From: Octopus sinensis
Taxonomy: Eukaryota
Reading direction: 5' to 3'
DNA length: 64,000 bases
NCBI RefSeq assembly: GCF_006345805.1
Contig: NC_042999.1
Location: 5,828,001 to 5,892,000 of the forward strand
In this document: one piece after another, positions 25,070 through 36,619 of the stretch
Numbering within the stretch: the first letter of the stretch is position 1
How the letters are laid out: every line of letters begins with the position of its first letter
Notes under the pieces: model-generated
The model's database searches: none
The model's input: only the letters and a program-made list of their open reading frames with translations
Told to the model about the DNA's origin: nothing
Position numbers and translations under genes: made by a program

Positions 25070-25580
25070 ATCATCATCATCATCATCATCGTTTAACGTC
25101 CGCTTTCCATGCTAGCATGGGTTGGACAATTTTGACTGCGAGCTGGCAAACCAGATGGCTGCACCAGGCTCCAATCTACAGCTGGATGCCCTTCCTAACA
25201 CCAACAACTCCGAGAGTGTAGTGGGTGCTTTTTACGTGCAACTGGCACGGGGGCCAGTCAGGTGGTACTGGCAATGACCTCACTCAAATCTTTTTACACA
25301 TGCCACCGGCACAGGTGCCAGTAAGGCGACGTTGGTAACGATCACGCTCGAATGGTTCCCTTTTACATGCCACTGGCATGGAAGCCAGTTGGCTGCTCTG
25401 GCAATGATCATGCTCGGATGGTGTTCTTGGCACCCTACTAGCACAGGCACAATTGCCAGTAAGGCGATGCTAGTAACGATCACACTCGAATAGTGCCTTT
25501 TTATGTGCCACTGACACTAAAGCCGGTTAGTCGCTCTGTCAAACGATCATACTCGTATGGTGCTCTTTGCACCCCGCTAG
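25070..25580 (-). mobile_element. Family E repeat (long VNTR form)
   Basis: (CAT)n tail, core and about five units. Confidence 0.85.
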
Positions 25581-26229
25581 AAAAAACAAACAACGTTAGT
25601 GAGTCTTCTGCCAAGGAAGACTTTGCCTTTCATTCTTTTGGATTGATAAAGTAAGTACCAGTTGAATACTGGGGTTGGTGGAATCAACTTACCCCTACCC
25701 CCATAATTGCTGGCCTTGTGTCAAAATTTGAAAGCAGTATTAAGGGTGGTGGACTGGTAGAAGTAGGAGACACGTAGTATTTAGTTACATAACATTACTT
25801 TTTGAGTTCAAATCCTGCTGAGAGGGAGTTGTATCTTTTATCAATCCTGGGTTGATAAAATAAAGTTCCAGTCAAGTACGGGACTAACATAATCATTTCT
25901 TCCACACCTATCTTAATCTCCACCTCCTCCTCCCCACCAATCTGGTCGTTAAAATCATTACACATACATTTGATCAAATATACTTGAAACACTAACGAGA
26001 CAGCAGAGAATAATGGGGACAAGTCCACCTACTTCTGTTATCTTTTGTGCGCAGTTTTACATCTTATGAAGTTGAATGTTCAGCTGACAGTTTTTTCCTA
26101 AAATGGTTGTATTTTACTGAACGAAGGCAGATATAAATGAAAAAACAATAAACAGGCATTTTAGTTTAAGCTTCGTCAAGGAGTGGTGACAGGCAGAACC
26201 TATGCAATGATGAATACAATTTCTCTGAG

Positions 26230-26828
26230 CCCCGTGCTAGTAGGGTATTAAGAGCACCATCCGAGCGTGATCGTTGCCAGAGCGGCTATCTGGCCTCCAT
26301 GCCGGTGGCACGTATAAGACACCATTTGAGCGTGTTCATTACCAGCATTGCCTTATTGGCACCTGTGCCGGTGGCATGTGTAAAAAGATTTGAGCGAGGT
26401 CATTGCCAGTACTACCTGACTGGCCCCCGTGCCGTGGCACATAAAACGGCACCCCATTCCAGCATGATCGTTACCAGCATCGCCTTACTGGCACTTGTGC
26501 CCGTGCTTGTAGGGTGCCAAGAGTACCATTCGAGCATGATCGTTGCCAGAGCAGCAAACTGGCTTCCATGCCAGTGGCACGTAAAAGGGCACCATTCGAG
26601 CGTGATCGTTACCAACGTCACCTTACTGGCACCTGTGCTGGTGGCACGTAAAAGCACCCACTACACTCTCGGAGTGGTTGGCATTAGGAAGGGCATCCAG
26701 TTGTAGAAACTCTGCCAGATCAAGATTGAAGCCTGGTGCAGCCATCTGGTTTGCCAGCCCTCAGTCATACGTCCAACCCGTGCTATCATGGAAAGCGGAC
26801 GTTAAACGATGATGATGATGATGATGAT
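26230..26828 (+). mobile_element. Family E repeat (long VNTR form)
   Basis: About six units, core and (GAT)n tail. Confidence 0.85.
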
Positions 26829-26934
26829 GTATTAGGTTACATCCCTTCATATTCTGACTTGGTGGCCCTTGAAATCAATCTTTACACCCACCAGAGAGCA
26901 ATACATGCTATATCAGGTACAGTTTATTTTAGTC

Positions 26935-28222
26935 AGGTATGGAAGAAAGGTCTAGAATTGAAGGGCCTTAGAGTTAACCTAGCAAAAACCAAAATTTTAG
27001 TAAGCAGGAAGGCAGATAAATCAGAAATCCCTACAAGTAGGTTGCCCTGCTGGATCTGTAGGAAAGGTGTAGGTAGAAATTCCATAAGATGCACCCGGTG
27101 TAAGCTTTGGATACATAAAAGGTGCAGCAATATCAGAGGAAGGTTAATAGGGAAAATCACTTTTGTGTGTGGAAAATGTTCAAGTACAATAAACACTGAA
27201 AATGCACAGAAAATAGACTCCATCAGTTGCCAGGGGGTAAGACAGAGGTAGTAGATAGCTTCTGTTATCTAGGTGACTTAGTTAGTAGCAGAGGTGGATG
27301 CACCAAAGGTGTAGCCATGAGAATAAGATTAGGTTGGGCAAAGTTCAGAAAGTTCCTACCTCTGCTAGCAACAAAGGGCCTCTCTCTCGCCTGTGTGTGA
27401 ACAGCTATGCTACATGGCAGTGAAACATGGGCTGTGACAGCCAAGGACATGCATAGGCTTGAAAGAAATGAAGCCAGTATGTTTCGCTGGATGCGTAATG
27501 TCATGATGGTGTGTGAGCATCTTGAGAGGAAAGTTGGGAATAAGAGGGCATCAGATGTGGTGTGCAAGAGAGATGACTGTGCTGGTATGGTTGTGTGATG
27601 CATATGGATGAGGACGGTTGTGTAAAGAAGTGCCAATCTCTAACTGTTTAGAGAACCTGTGGTAGAGGTAGACCCAGGAAGACATGGGATGAGGTAGTGA
27701 AATATGGTATTCGAACTTTGGGCCTCATGGAGGCAATGACTAGTGACTGAGACTTTGGTGATGTGCTTTGTTTGAGAGACCCACCAAGTGAAATCGTAGT
27801 AATGGCTGATGCTGATGTCACATTACTGGCACTCGTGCTGGTGGCATGTAAAAAGCACCTTTTGAGCATTAGGCTTCATGGAGGCAAATTGGTTGAGCTC
27901 TTTTCAATTTTTTTGGCCTCTGAGGCAATATGCAAGACCTTTGGGATTATGTCATGCTTGAGAAGAAGACCAATCAAGCCAAGCAAAAACGCAGTCATGG
28001 ACGATACCTGTGTCATGCAAATGGTACTTGTGCTGCGTGTATGTAAAAGCACCCATTATACTCTCAGAGTGGTTGGTGTTAGGAAGGGCATCCAGCTATA
28101 GAAACCATGCCAAATCAGATTGAGGTCTGGTGCAGCCTTCTAGCTTACCAGCCCCAGTCAAACAATCCAAATCATGCCAGCATGGACAATGGACATTTAA
28201 TGATAATAATAATGATGATGAT
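26935..28222 (+). mobile_element. 5'-truncated RTE-clade LINE: RT C-terminal coding region (to about 27785) running into a family E 3' UTR
   Basis: KGLRVNLAKTKILVS..PCWICRKGVGRNSIRCTRCKLWIHKRCS, VDSFCYLGD, LHGSETWAVT..LERNEASMFRWM, CGRGRPRKTWDEVV; frameshifted. Confidence 0.9.
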
Positions 28223-28229
28223 TATGGTA

Positions 28230-29090
28230 TTTGTCCACAGGGCCTTGCTCCAGGAATATCTCTTTCAGGATACGTGCAATCTTGACTGCAGTGCCCATTT
28301 TCATTTCCCTCCATATGGCCATCTGACCTGGTCCACAGTTGACCATTGAGAGATATTTCCCCTGCCAGTACTGTGTTACAGCCATCACCAATCGTCCCCA
28401 GTTGTGCTCTTCTGAGATGTTTCCCTGCTCCTGCACACCTGGAGCAGGGTTGGTGGATTGACACCTACCACAGTTCCCAACCACCTTTTGAATGCTCTGT
28501 CTAGTAACTTTTCAAGGTGCGCTGGTGGGAGCTCATCCTGTTCTTCAGCATTAGGGCTCCTCTTTCCAGTGCTACTCTACCATTCACCAATGACTGTTGA
28601 ACACTACCCAAAGTTTTTTTGTCCTCAATGGTGTAAGCAGCACAGTTCCCTGTGGAGCTTTTCCCTGTCTCATGTTGCAGACTCACAGCACATGACACTT
28701 CTGCACCACCAAATGAAACCACGTCTCCACTGACACTGACGCCTCCAAGGCCCGTCCAAGGTCCGTGCCCGTCACCACGTCAATTCCGTCTACCACATGG
28801 TCAATCACAATTGCCCACAGCCTCAGTGTGGTGCCCCATACTACCATCTCCACTTTGCTGCTACATTTACATCCAATTTTGCTGCCATCGACCACCAAAA
28901 CACTACTTGTCCTTTTCTGTTTTTTTTGTCACCCTTGGGGTCACGAGAGATGTCGTACAATCCGTATCCACGAGGGTTTTGAATGCCTTTCTCCCAACCA
29001 AGACTTCAACTATGGGCAGCAACTTCCTGGTGGCTCTTACCCTGGCTGCAGAGTGAAGCTGCTTGGCACAGACTGACCTTGAATTATTGC
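28230..29090 (-). pseudogene. Decayed Ty3/Gypsy internal fragment (aspartic protease and downstream region)
   Basis: VEVLVGRKAFKTLVDTDCTTSLV (LVDTG-like protease motif), VVDGSKIGCK..VIDHVVDGIDVVTGTD; no LTRs seen. Confidence 0.65.
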
Positions 29091-29222
29091 TGTTTTTCTC
29101 ATAGACAGTGCCCAACTGACCCTTCTATACTGTGTAGTTGATAAAATTGAAAACAAACAAGGCGCATGCGTGAAATTAAAAATATAAAATGATGACAATT
29201 TACCCATAGCACCATTTGTATG

Positions 29223-29280
<58 letters not shown>

Positions 29281-29286
<6 letters not shown>

Positions 29287-29785
29287 GCACCCACTACACT
29301 CACGGAGTGGTTGGCGTTAGGAAGGGCATCCAGCCGTAGAAACACTGCCAGATCAGACTGGGCCTGATGCAGCCTTCTGGCTTCACAGACCCCAGTTGAA
29401 CCATCCAACCCATGCTAGCATGGAAAGCGGACGCTAAATGATGATGATATATATATAGGGAAAATAAAAGTCAAAAATGCACTGAGAATAGTTAAAATAT
29501 TTTTTTTATATAAGCACAGGCATGACTGTGTGGTAAGATGCTTGCTTACCAACCACATAGTTCCGGGTTCAGTACCACTGCGCGGCACCTTGGGCAAGTG
29601 TCTTCTACTATAGCCTTGGGCCAACCAAAGCCTTGTGAGTGGATTTGGTATATAAAACTTAGCGGTTCGGCAAAAGAGACCGATAGAATGAGTACTAGGC
29701 TTACTATGAATAAGTCCCAGAGTCGATTTGTTCGACTAAAGGTGGTGCTCCAGCATGGCCTCAGTTAAGTGACTGAAACAAATAA
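29281..29785 (+). mobile_element. Family E core and tail (29281-29448) followed by an internally deleted family A SINE (29512-29785)
   Basis: Sequence identity to other copies. Confidence 0.8.
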
Positions 29786-29859
29786 AAAAATATATATTTA
29801 AAGCTTTAACCAGTTTCACAGTTTACACTGATTTTCAAAAAATTCAAATATAAACCCGT

Positions 29860-30309
29860 GGCTTATGGCACAGCTGTCTTGATCCTGACTATTGTTTGAA
29901 GCTGTCCCTATTTTTATAGGGAGTTCATGGCTCAGATTAATATCTGTTTTGTATAGGATTTGATTGGTAGAGGGTAGTCACATGATCGGTCTTAGAAACT
30001 TTTGTAGGTTCCCCGCTACATCCGTGTGTTAGTATCAAGTGACAATGTTTGGTGTCCTAAATTGAGGCTGTCACAGTTGACGGCCTTAATTCACGGCCTG
30101 AGACAACTGTGTCAGCTTTAACATTGTCACTTGATACTAACACACGGATGTAGGGGGGGAACCTACAAAGATTTCTAAGACTGGTCATGAGACTATCATC
30201 AACCAACCAAATCCTATTCAAAAAATATACTAATTTGGGCCATGAACTCCCCATAAAAATAGGGCCGGCTTCAAACACTAATCAGAAGCAAGATAGCTGC
30301 GACATAAGC
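29860..30309. mobile_element. Foldback MITE with about 190-bp imperfect inverted arms
   Basis: For example CTACATCCGTGTGTTAGTATCAAGTGACAATGTT / AACATTGTCACTTGATACTAACACACGGATGTAG; outer ends GGCTTATG / CATAAGCC. Confidence 0.8.
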
Positions 30310-30349
30310 CCATCATATATGTGTGTGTGTGTGTATGTATTAAAAATTA

Positions 30350-30682
30350 GCAGGCTGTTGCCAGCGCCACCCCGACTGGCCTTGTGCCAGTGGCACGTAA
30401 AAAGCACCATCCGTTTATGGCCGTTGCCAGCCTCGCCTGGCCCCCGTGCCGGTGGCACATAAAAAGCACCATCCGATCGTGGCCGTTTGCCAGACTCATC
30501 TGGCACCTGTGCCGGTGGCACGTAAAAAGCACCCACTACACTCATGGAGTGGTTGGCGTTAGGAAGGGCATCCAGCTGTAGAAACTCTGCCAGATCAGAC
30601 TGGAGCCTGGTGCAGCCTTCTGGCTTCACAGACCCCAGTTGAACCATCCAACCCATGCTAGCATGGAAAGCGGATGCTAAAC

Positions 30683-30722
<40 letters not shown>
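30350..30722 (+). mobile_element. Family E repeat (second subfamily of VNTR unit)
   Basis: Three GTGCC-NNN-GGCAC-RTAAAAAGCACC units, core and (GAT)12 tail. Confidence 0.85.
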
Positions 30723-30724
<2 letters not shown>

Positions 30725-30878
30725 GCTTAAGGATGCACAAGGCATCAACCTGTTTAGAAATAGGAGCTAAAGTCCCAATTCAACCACCAAAATAACAGTA
30801 AATAACAGTAAGCGAGGAAACGGATTAAGAATTAAGAGATTAAGAAGCATACCATTATTGGTTAATGCTGTTCAGATG

Positions 30879-30936
30879 CTCATATACCAAGGTTTCAGAT
30901 GCTGGCCCAATGGGCCTCAACCTTCATCAGTATGAG
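30879..30936 (-). ncRNA. Type I minimal hammerhead ribozyme motif
   Basis: Minus strand CTCATA-CTGATGA-AGGT(TGAGGCCCATTGGGCCAGC)ATCT-GAAA-CCTTGG-TA-TATGAG: perfect 6-bp stem I, canonical core, GUA cleavage triplet. Confidence 0.75.
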
Positions 30937-31264
30937 TTACTGAAGAAAAAATTCTAAATCTGCCATCCAATCTAAATCCATTAGTATTCTGGTTTGTTTT
31001 GCGCCAAAACCAGTCCACGGACAAATGAGCAAATATTCAAACGCTTATATTCAAAATATTACTATTATTCATATTATCTGTGGAGAATATTTGTAATTGA
31101 TAATAATAACAACAGTAACATTGGTGGTTCTAGGTTTAATAGCATTATATAGCCATAAAATTATAAATTTGCACAAAGCATTGACCTGTTTAGAAATAGG
31201 AGTTAAAGTCCCAATTCAACTGCCAAAAATCATATATATATATTTGCTCAAATATATATACATA

Positions 31265-31495
31265 TATATATATTGATAAAAATGGTAAGACAACAAAAGA
31301 ATGAAAGAGACCTCGATATTATGTAAATAGAGGAATTTATCTGTAAATGTAATATTTTCATAGATTTTCATAGCATTTTTTCCGATGGCCAGATAACTGA
31401 AGAGATGGCGGTGTGGATTTCCACCTCAGCATCCAAAACTCAGAGTTTTATCATGGCTACCGAATAATTGTCACATATTACATTTACAGATATAT
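31265..31495 (+). mobile_element. Family I Penelope-derived-like repeat with a hammerhead motif (31388-31457, GAAA mutated to AAAA)
   Basis: GATAA-CTGAAGA-GATG..CATC-CAAAA-CTCAGAG-TT-TTATC; homologous to 40625-40900. Confidence 0.6.
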
Positions 31496-32421
31496 ATATA
31501 GAACAAGCTTCTTTCAGTTTCCGTCTACCAAATCCACTCACATGGCTTCAGTCAGCCTGAGAATATAGTAGAAGACACTTGCCCAAGGTGCCACGCAGTG
31601 GGACTGAACTCGGAAACGTGTGGTTGTTGAGCAAACTACTTACCACACAGCCGTAAATAATGTACATAATTCCTCATCTCAGAACAGTATGAAATTAAGA
31701 GATTTACTCAAGAATACAATGTGCTGCCTGGTCTGAGAATTGACCCATGGTCTAAACAGTGTGAGTATGTTACCCTAACCACTAGGCTACCCGCTTTCAC
31801 ATTAAATATGTTAATTCTAAATCAACCGTTGCCTTCCACGTGGAGAGTATTTCCATGTTATTTAGACTAATAGCGCCAAAGTGTCATTGGCTTTCATTTT
31901 TGCCAATTTCCATTCTGTCACACCCACCAGACACAAACTTTTGCCTTGTTGCCCTTTCCTTGGTAGACATTTAAATAAATACACATTTTTTTCTTTTCTT
32001 TATTTTTTGTTTTATTTACAAGATTAAAACAACAACTGTAAAAAATACAAACAACATCTCAGGGGCTAACTGGGACATTATAACATGACATTATTCAATA
32101 ATTGCCATAATTAGTCCAAAATTATACGATATTAGAAGACTGGCTGATGGGCATAAGGTGTAGGCTTATGTTTTAACCCACTATTGTTGTTGTCATTCGT
32201 TTAAATGGTTTCTCTAAGCCAAAACCCAAAATAATGCTTTTGAATTGGGTGGCGTGATTAAACGTACAAACATTAAATGGAAAGGAAGAGACACGCAATG
32301 ATAGTGCAGCAAATCCACTTAGGCTGGCTTTAGATTTCAGACATCAATGTTATATACATACATGCACACACATACATATATATATATCTGTGCATATAAA
32401 TATATATATATATATATATAT

Positions 32422-32635
32422 ACTCTTTTACTCTTTTACTTGTTTCAGTCATTTGACTGCGGCCATGCTGGAGCACCGCCTTTAGTCGAGCAAATCGACC
32501 CCGGGACTTATTCTTTTGTAAGCCCAGTGCTTATTCTATCGGTCTCTTTTTGCCGAACCGCTAAGTGACGGGGACGTAAACACACCAGCATCGGTTGTCA
32601 AGCAATGCTAGGTGGACAAACACAGACACACAAAC

Positions 32636-32685
<50 letters not shown>

Positions 32686-32840
32686 ACATATATACGACAG
32701 GCTTCTTTCAGTTTCCGTCTACCAAATCCACTCACAAGGCATTGGTCGGCCCGGGGCTATAGCAGAAGACACTTGCCCAAGATGCCATGCAGTGGGACTG
32801 AACTCGGAACCAGGTGGTTGGTTAGCAAGCTACTTACCAC
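32422..32840 (-). mobile_element. Family A SINE (full length)
   Basis: Reverse complement of 21807-22212. Confidence 0.9.
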
Positions 32841-33110
32841 ACAGCCACTCCTGCGCCTATATATATATAAATTTATTAAAATTATAAATTAGGGTATCTT
32901 CGAGATACCACCATGCTGAAAATAGCAGCCATGATCTGACTTTAAAACCACCAAAATTGTCCATATATCAACACGGAGAAAAAACAAAGAGACAAGCTGA
33001 AACTAGTAAAAAATTACTGGATAATTCTAGATCCAGATTTCTGACTTTGCATTTAGGAATGCTTTGCCTCGTCAGTAAAATACACACAGAAGGGAAACAT
33101 AAATACATAT

Positions 33111-33282
33111 ATATATAAGCACAACATACGAATACTTACATATACGAACGTATACCTACATATATATGCACGCATGCATCACGGCCAGTTCAAAATGCCT
33201 GCTGTGTTTTCCATGCTGACCACTTGATAAAATCGTTATTTATTTTTAAATTAACAATCTTATCCTTATTTATATATATATA

Positions 33283-33333
<51 letters not shown>

Positions 33334-33504
33334 TATAAGCACAACATACGAATACTTACATATACGAACGTATACCTACATATATATGCACGCATGCATC
33401 ACGGCCAGTTCAAAATGCCTGCTGTGTTTTCCATGCTGACCACTTGATAAAATCGTTATTTATTTTTAAATTAACAATCTTATCCTTATTTATATATATA
33501 TATA

Positions 33505-33565
<61 letters not shown>
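33111..33565. repeat. Tandem duplication, period about 220 bp
   Basis: The non-microsatellite about 160 bp (AAGCACAACATACGAATAC..TTATCCTTATTT) is identical in both copies. Confidence 0.9.
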
Positions 33566-33569
<4 letters not shown>

Positions 33570-33789
33570 AATGTAAAAAAATACTAACTGGGACAAGAAC
33601 GTGAAACATTTAGAAGACGATACAAAAAACACGGATGGGACATACGAAGCCTTCAATCTTCAGTCAAGAACCGGATCATCTTCACAATTTCGGCTGATTA
33701 ATCTTGACTTTTTGATTGCTCCGATCTGGCCAGCCCCAAAGGAAAATCTAAGCCAAGCGCATTATATATATATATTCTTTTACTCATTT

Positions 33790-35720
33790 TGATTTCCTCA
33801 GTCAGGGGATGGTTCACATCACCACTCCTGTATGTGCCTTTGTTCCAGCTGTTGGCCCATTTGATGTAGGGAGTTTGACTCCACTGCCCTTGTCTCCCCC
33901 TCATGTCGGGCTGTTAGTTCATCCGGTATTGTGGATAGGAGGATATCTAGTTCCTTTTTCAAGACATCTACTCCTGCCTTACGCAGATTTCTTAATTTTT
34001 GTGGCAGGGCACTGAAGACCTGTGGGTCTTTAAACCCTAGACTATTGCAGTACCTGGTCCTGAATTTAGATGGAGTGGACGGTACCTTTGGTACAATACT
34101 ATGGTGGCCAGTTCTGGCATTTGTATAACACTCAATGCTGAAATTAGTCACTAGCCCTTCTAAGATTTTCCATAGGTATTTTATTGCATTGCAACAGACC
34201 TGTGTCCCATCCAGGTGGGGACCTATACACCAATGAAACCGGGAAACTGGCTGTTATGAGCCAGGTATGGCTTGAGAAGGAACTACAACAAATATTACTG
34301 TATATCTCTTGTGCCTTTGCTCCAGGGAGTAAAGTTGCAGTTTTTTCTGCCAACCCCTGTAGCTCATCCACTGCAGTATCTCAATATTTATATATATATG
34401 TAAATGTAAAAAAATACTAACTGGGACAAGAACGTGAAACATTTAGAAGACGATACAAAAAACACGGACGGGACATTCGAAGCCTTCAATCTTCAGTCAA
34501 GAACCGGATCATCTTCGCAATTTCGGCTGATTAATCTTGACTTTTTGATTGCTCTGATCTGGCCAGCCCCAAAGGAAAATCTAAGCCAAGCGCATTATAT
34601 ATATATATTCTTTTACTCATTTTGATTTCCTCAGTCAGGGGACGGTTCACATCACCACTCCTGTATGTTGGATGGCTTCAAGCTCTGCTGTTAGTTTGGC
34701 ACCAAGTGGTGACCATAACTGGGCAGCTGAGAACAAAGGTTCTTGACAGGGTCAACATAATTTCTGGGAATCTTGTTTTGAAGGATATCAGTATCCATCC
34801 TGCCAGTCGTCTGCACTTTGTTTATGTGCATATGAAATGATGCATCATTGCACATGCTGATCCCTAAGTCTTTCACTGCCTGTGATTCTGGGATTGTAGT
34901 GCCTTCGGGTCCTGTAAATGTACATTGTACTGAGTTTATATCGCATCATCATCATCATCATCATCATCATTTAGCGTCCGCTTTCCATGCTAGCATGGGT
35001 TGGACGGTTCGACCAGGGATCTGGGAAGCCAAAAGGCTGCACCAGGCTTCAGTTTTATCTGGCAATGTTTCTACAGCTGGATGCCCTTCCTAACGCCAAC
35101 CACTCCGTGAGTGTAGTGGGTGCTTTTTACATGCCACCTGCACAGGTGCCAGGCAAGGCTGGCAACGGCCACAGTCGGATTGGTGCATTTTACGTGCCAC
35201 CGGCACGGAAGCCAGTCGAGGCGGCACTGGTTTCGGCCTCGCAGTGCTTGAAAATTTCCAGCATTAAACTGTATCATGTCTCTTTCAGCCCACTTGTATA
35301 CTGAGTTCTGGTCCCGCTGTAAGCTTGTGACATCCTCTTGGTTTCTTACTGCCTGTGATTATTTTATGTTATTGGCATAGCTAGTGACAGTAGCTGTCCG
35401 AGTGACAGTGGGCATGTCTAAGAGGGCTGTTATGAACAGTAATGGCCCCAGAACAGTCCCCTGGGGTACACCACTTAGGATGTGAGTTTCCTCAGAAAGG
35501 GCGCCATTGGCTGCAACTACCTGATTTCTGTCTTTAAGGAAGTCATGCAGCCATTTTCCCAGTTTACCAGTGATGTCAAGGTCTCGTAGCTTATGACTTA
35601 TCATGCCATGATCTATCTTATCAAATGCCTTTGCAATGTCATGGTATATCATGCTGACATCTGAATGGTCAAGCAGCTGTTTCAAAACCCAGTCAGTGCT
35701 GTTGTCCTCTTTCACAAATA
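33790..35720 (-). pseudogene. Decayed CR1-clade LINE (RT core to 3' end), interrupted by family E, a SINE piece and a duplicated segment
   Basis: IYHDIAKAFDKIDH..SGVPQGTVLGPLLFI..TSYANNIK; KDLGISM..; CSQLWSP..LEAIQ; LQLYSLEQR; FKDPQVFSALP..LLSTIPDE. Confidence 0.85.
34943..35240 (-). mobile_element. Family E repeat inserted in the CR1 element
   Basis: (CAT)n tail and core between collinear CR1 pieces. Confidence 0.85.
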
Positions 35721-35867
35721 TATGTCAGCTAAATTGGAAACCTAATATGGATCCATAGCTCCCGTCTCAGCCATGAATGAGCTTGGAACCCTGATATTCG
35801 GTTTCAGCACTGATACACAGCATACCTATTCGTTTAGATCACCAGTGAACTAAACCTTCATATTCTG

Positions 35868-35927
<60 letters not shown>

Positions 35928-36489
35928 GGGCTTCTTTTGTGTGTGTGTGTATGTATATATATATATAAAGAAGCATTATAGAACAAACATTAAATTTAGG
36001 TCAGCGACTTTATATACAACACCACCCCTCAAACATTTATGAAAAACACCATGGTCTAAAAACACATAAAAAAATAATACATATGCATAAAATCACAAAA
36101 GGTAAAAATATATATATTCTAATAAAATACAAATAGACCGGTTTATCAAAAGTTAAAAATAATGACTAAAAGATCAAAACTATCATAAAGTCTAATGGAC
36201 AAATATAAAATAAATAAAGATAAAAATAAAATAAAATAAGTGTTCACCAACTAAAAAGATTTTATGAGACAATTAAAATATATTTTTTTAATTCTTTAAA
36301 AAAATTTTTCTTTTAAATTTTTGAAAAAGCCTTTTACTTTTCCCACAGAGGTACATCCAAAATTCATACGTAAGTAGACTTCCACAGGTCAAATTCACAT
36401 GCATCTTGAAATATGTCTTTTACTCCACTCACACAAGTATGTTCAAAGTTCATAATAAACAGATATCACCGGTCAAATTCAACATTCAC

Positions 36490-36580
36490 ATATATCTATG
36501 GCCATTTCGGGAGATCACCACCACAGTTCATTTACACTAAAGTGCATCACAGTGATGATCCCCTCATCAGGAGAAACATA
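36490..36580 (-). ncRNA. Hammerhead ribozyme motif in the Penelope 3' region
   Basis: Minus strand CTGATGA-GGGGATCATCAC..GTGGTGATCTCCC-GAAA-TGGCCA-TA: about 12-bp stem II, palindromic stem III ATGGCCAT; stem I only partly paired. Confidence 0.65.
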
Positions 36581-36619
36581 AAACATGCACAGATCAAAAC
36601 TTTTATGAAAAGCTTATAT

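Noticed and set aside
26230-26660. Regularly spaced palindromic GTGCC..GGCAC motifs resembling CRISPR repeats
   Set aside because: The intervening sequences are homologous to each other and recur in many dispersed copies, so this is a VNTR in a retroelement.
30282-30740. ORFs with poly-His runs (also 8574, 24925, 34848, 55452)
   Set aside because: The His runs are the (CAT)n reverse complement of the family E tail.
34465-34505. CTGAAGA..CGAAT hammerhead-like motif (also 33640-33665)
   Set aside because: GAAA is broken and there is no stem I or II pairing; at most a decayed remnant.
33567-34668. LTR retrotransposon suggested by 269-bp direct repeats
   Set aside because: No TG..CA ends, PBS or TSD; the interior is CR1 sequence and the repeat includes the CR1 3' end.
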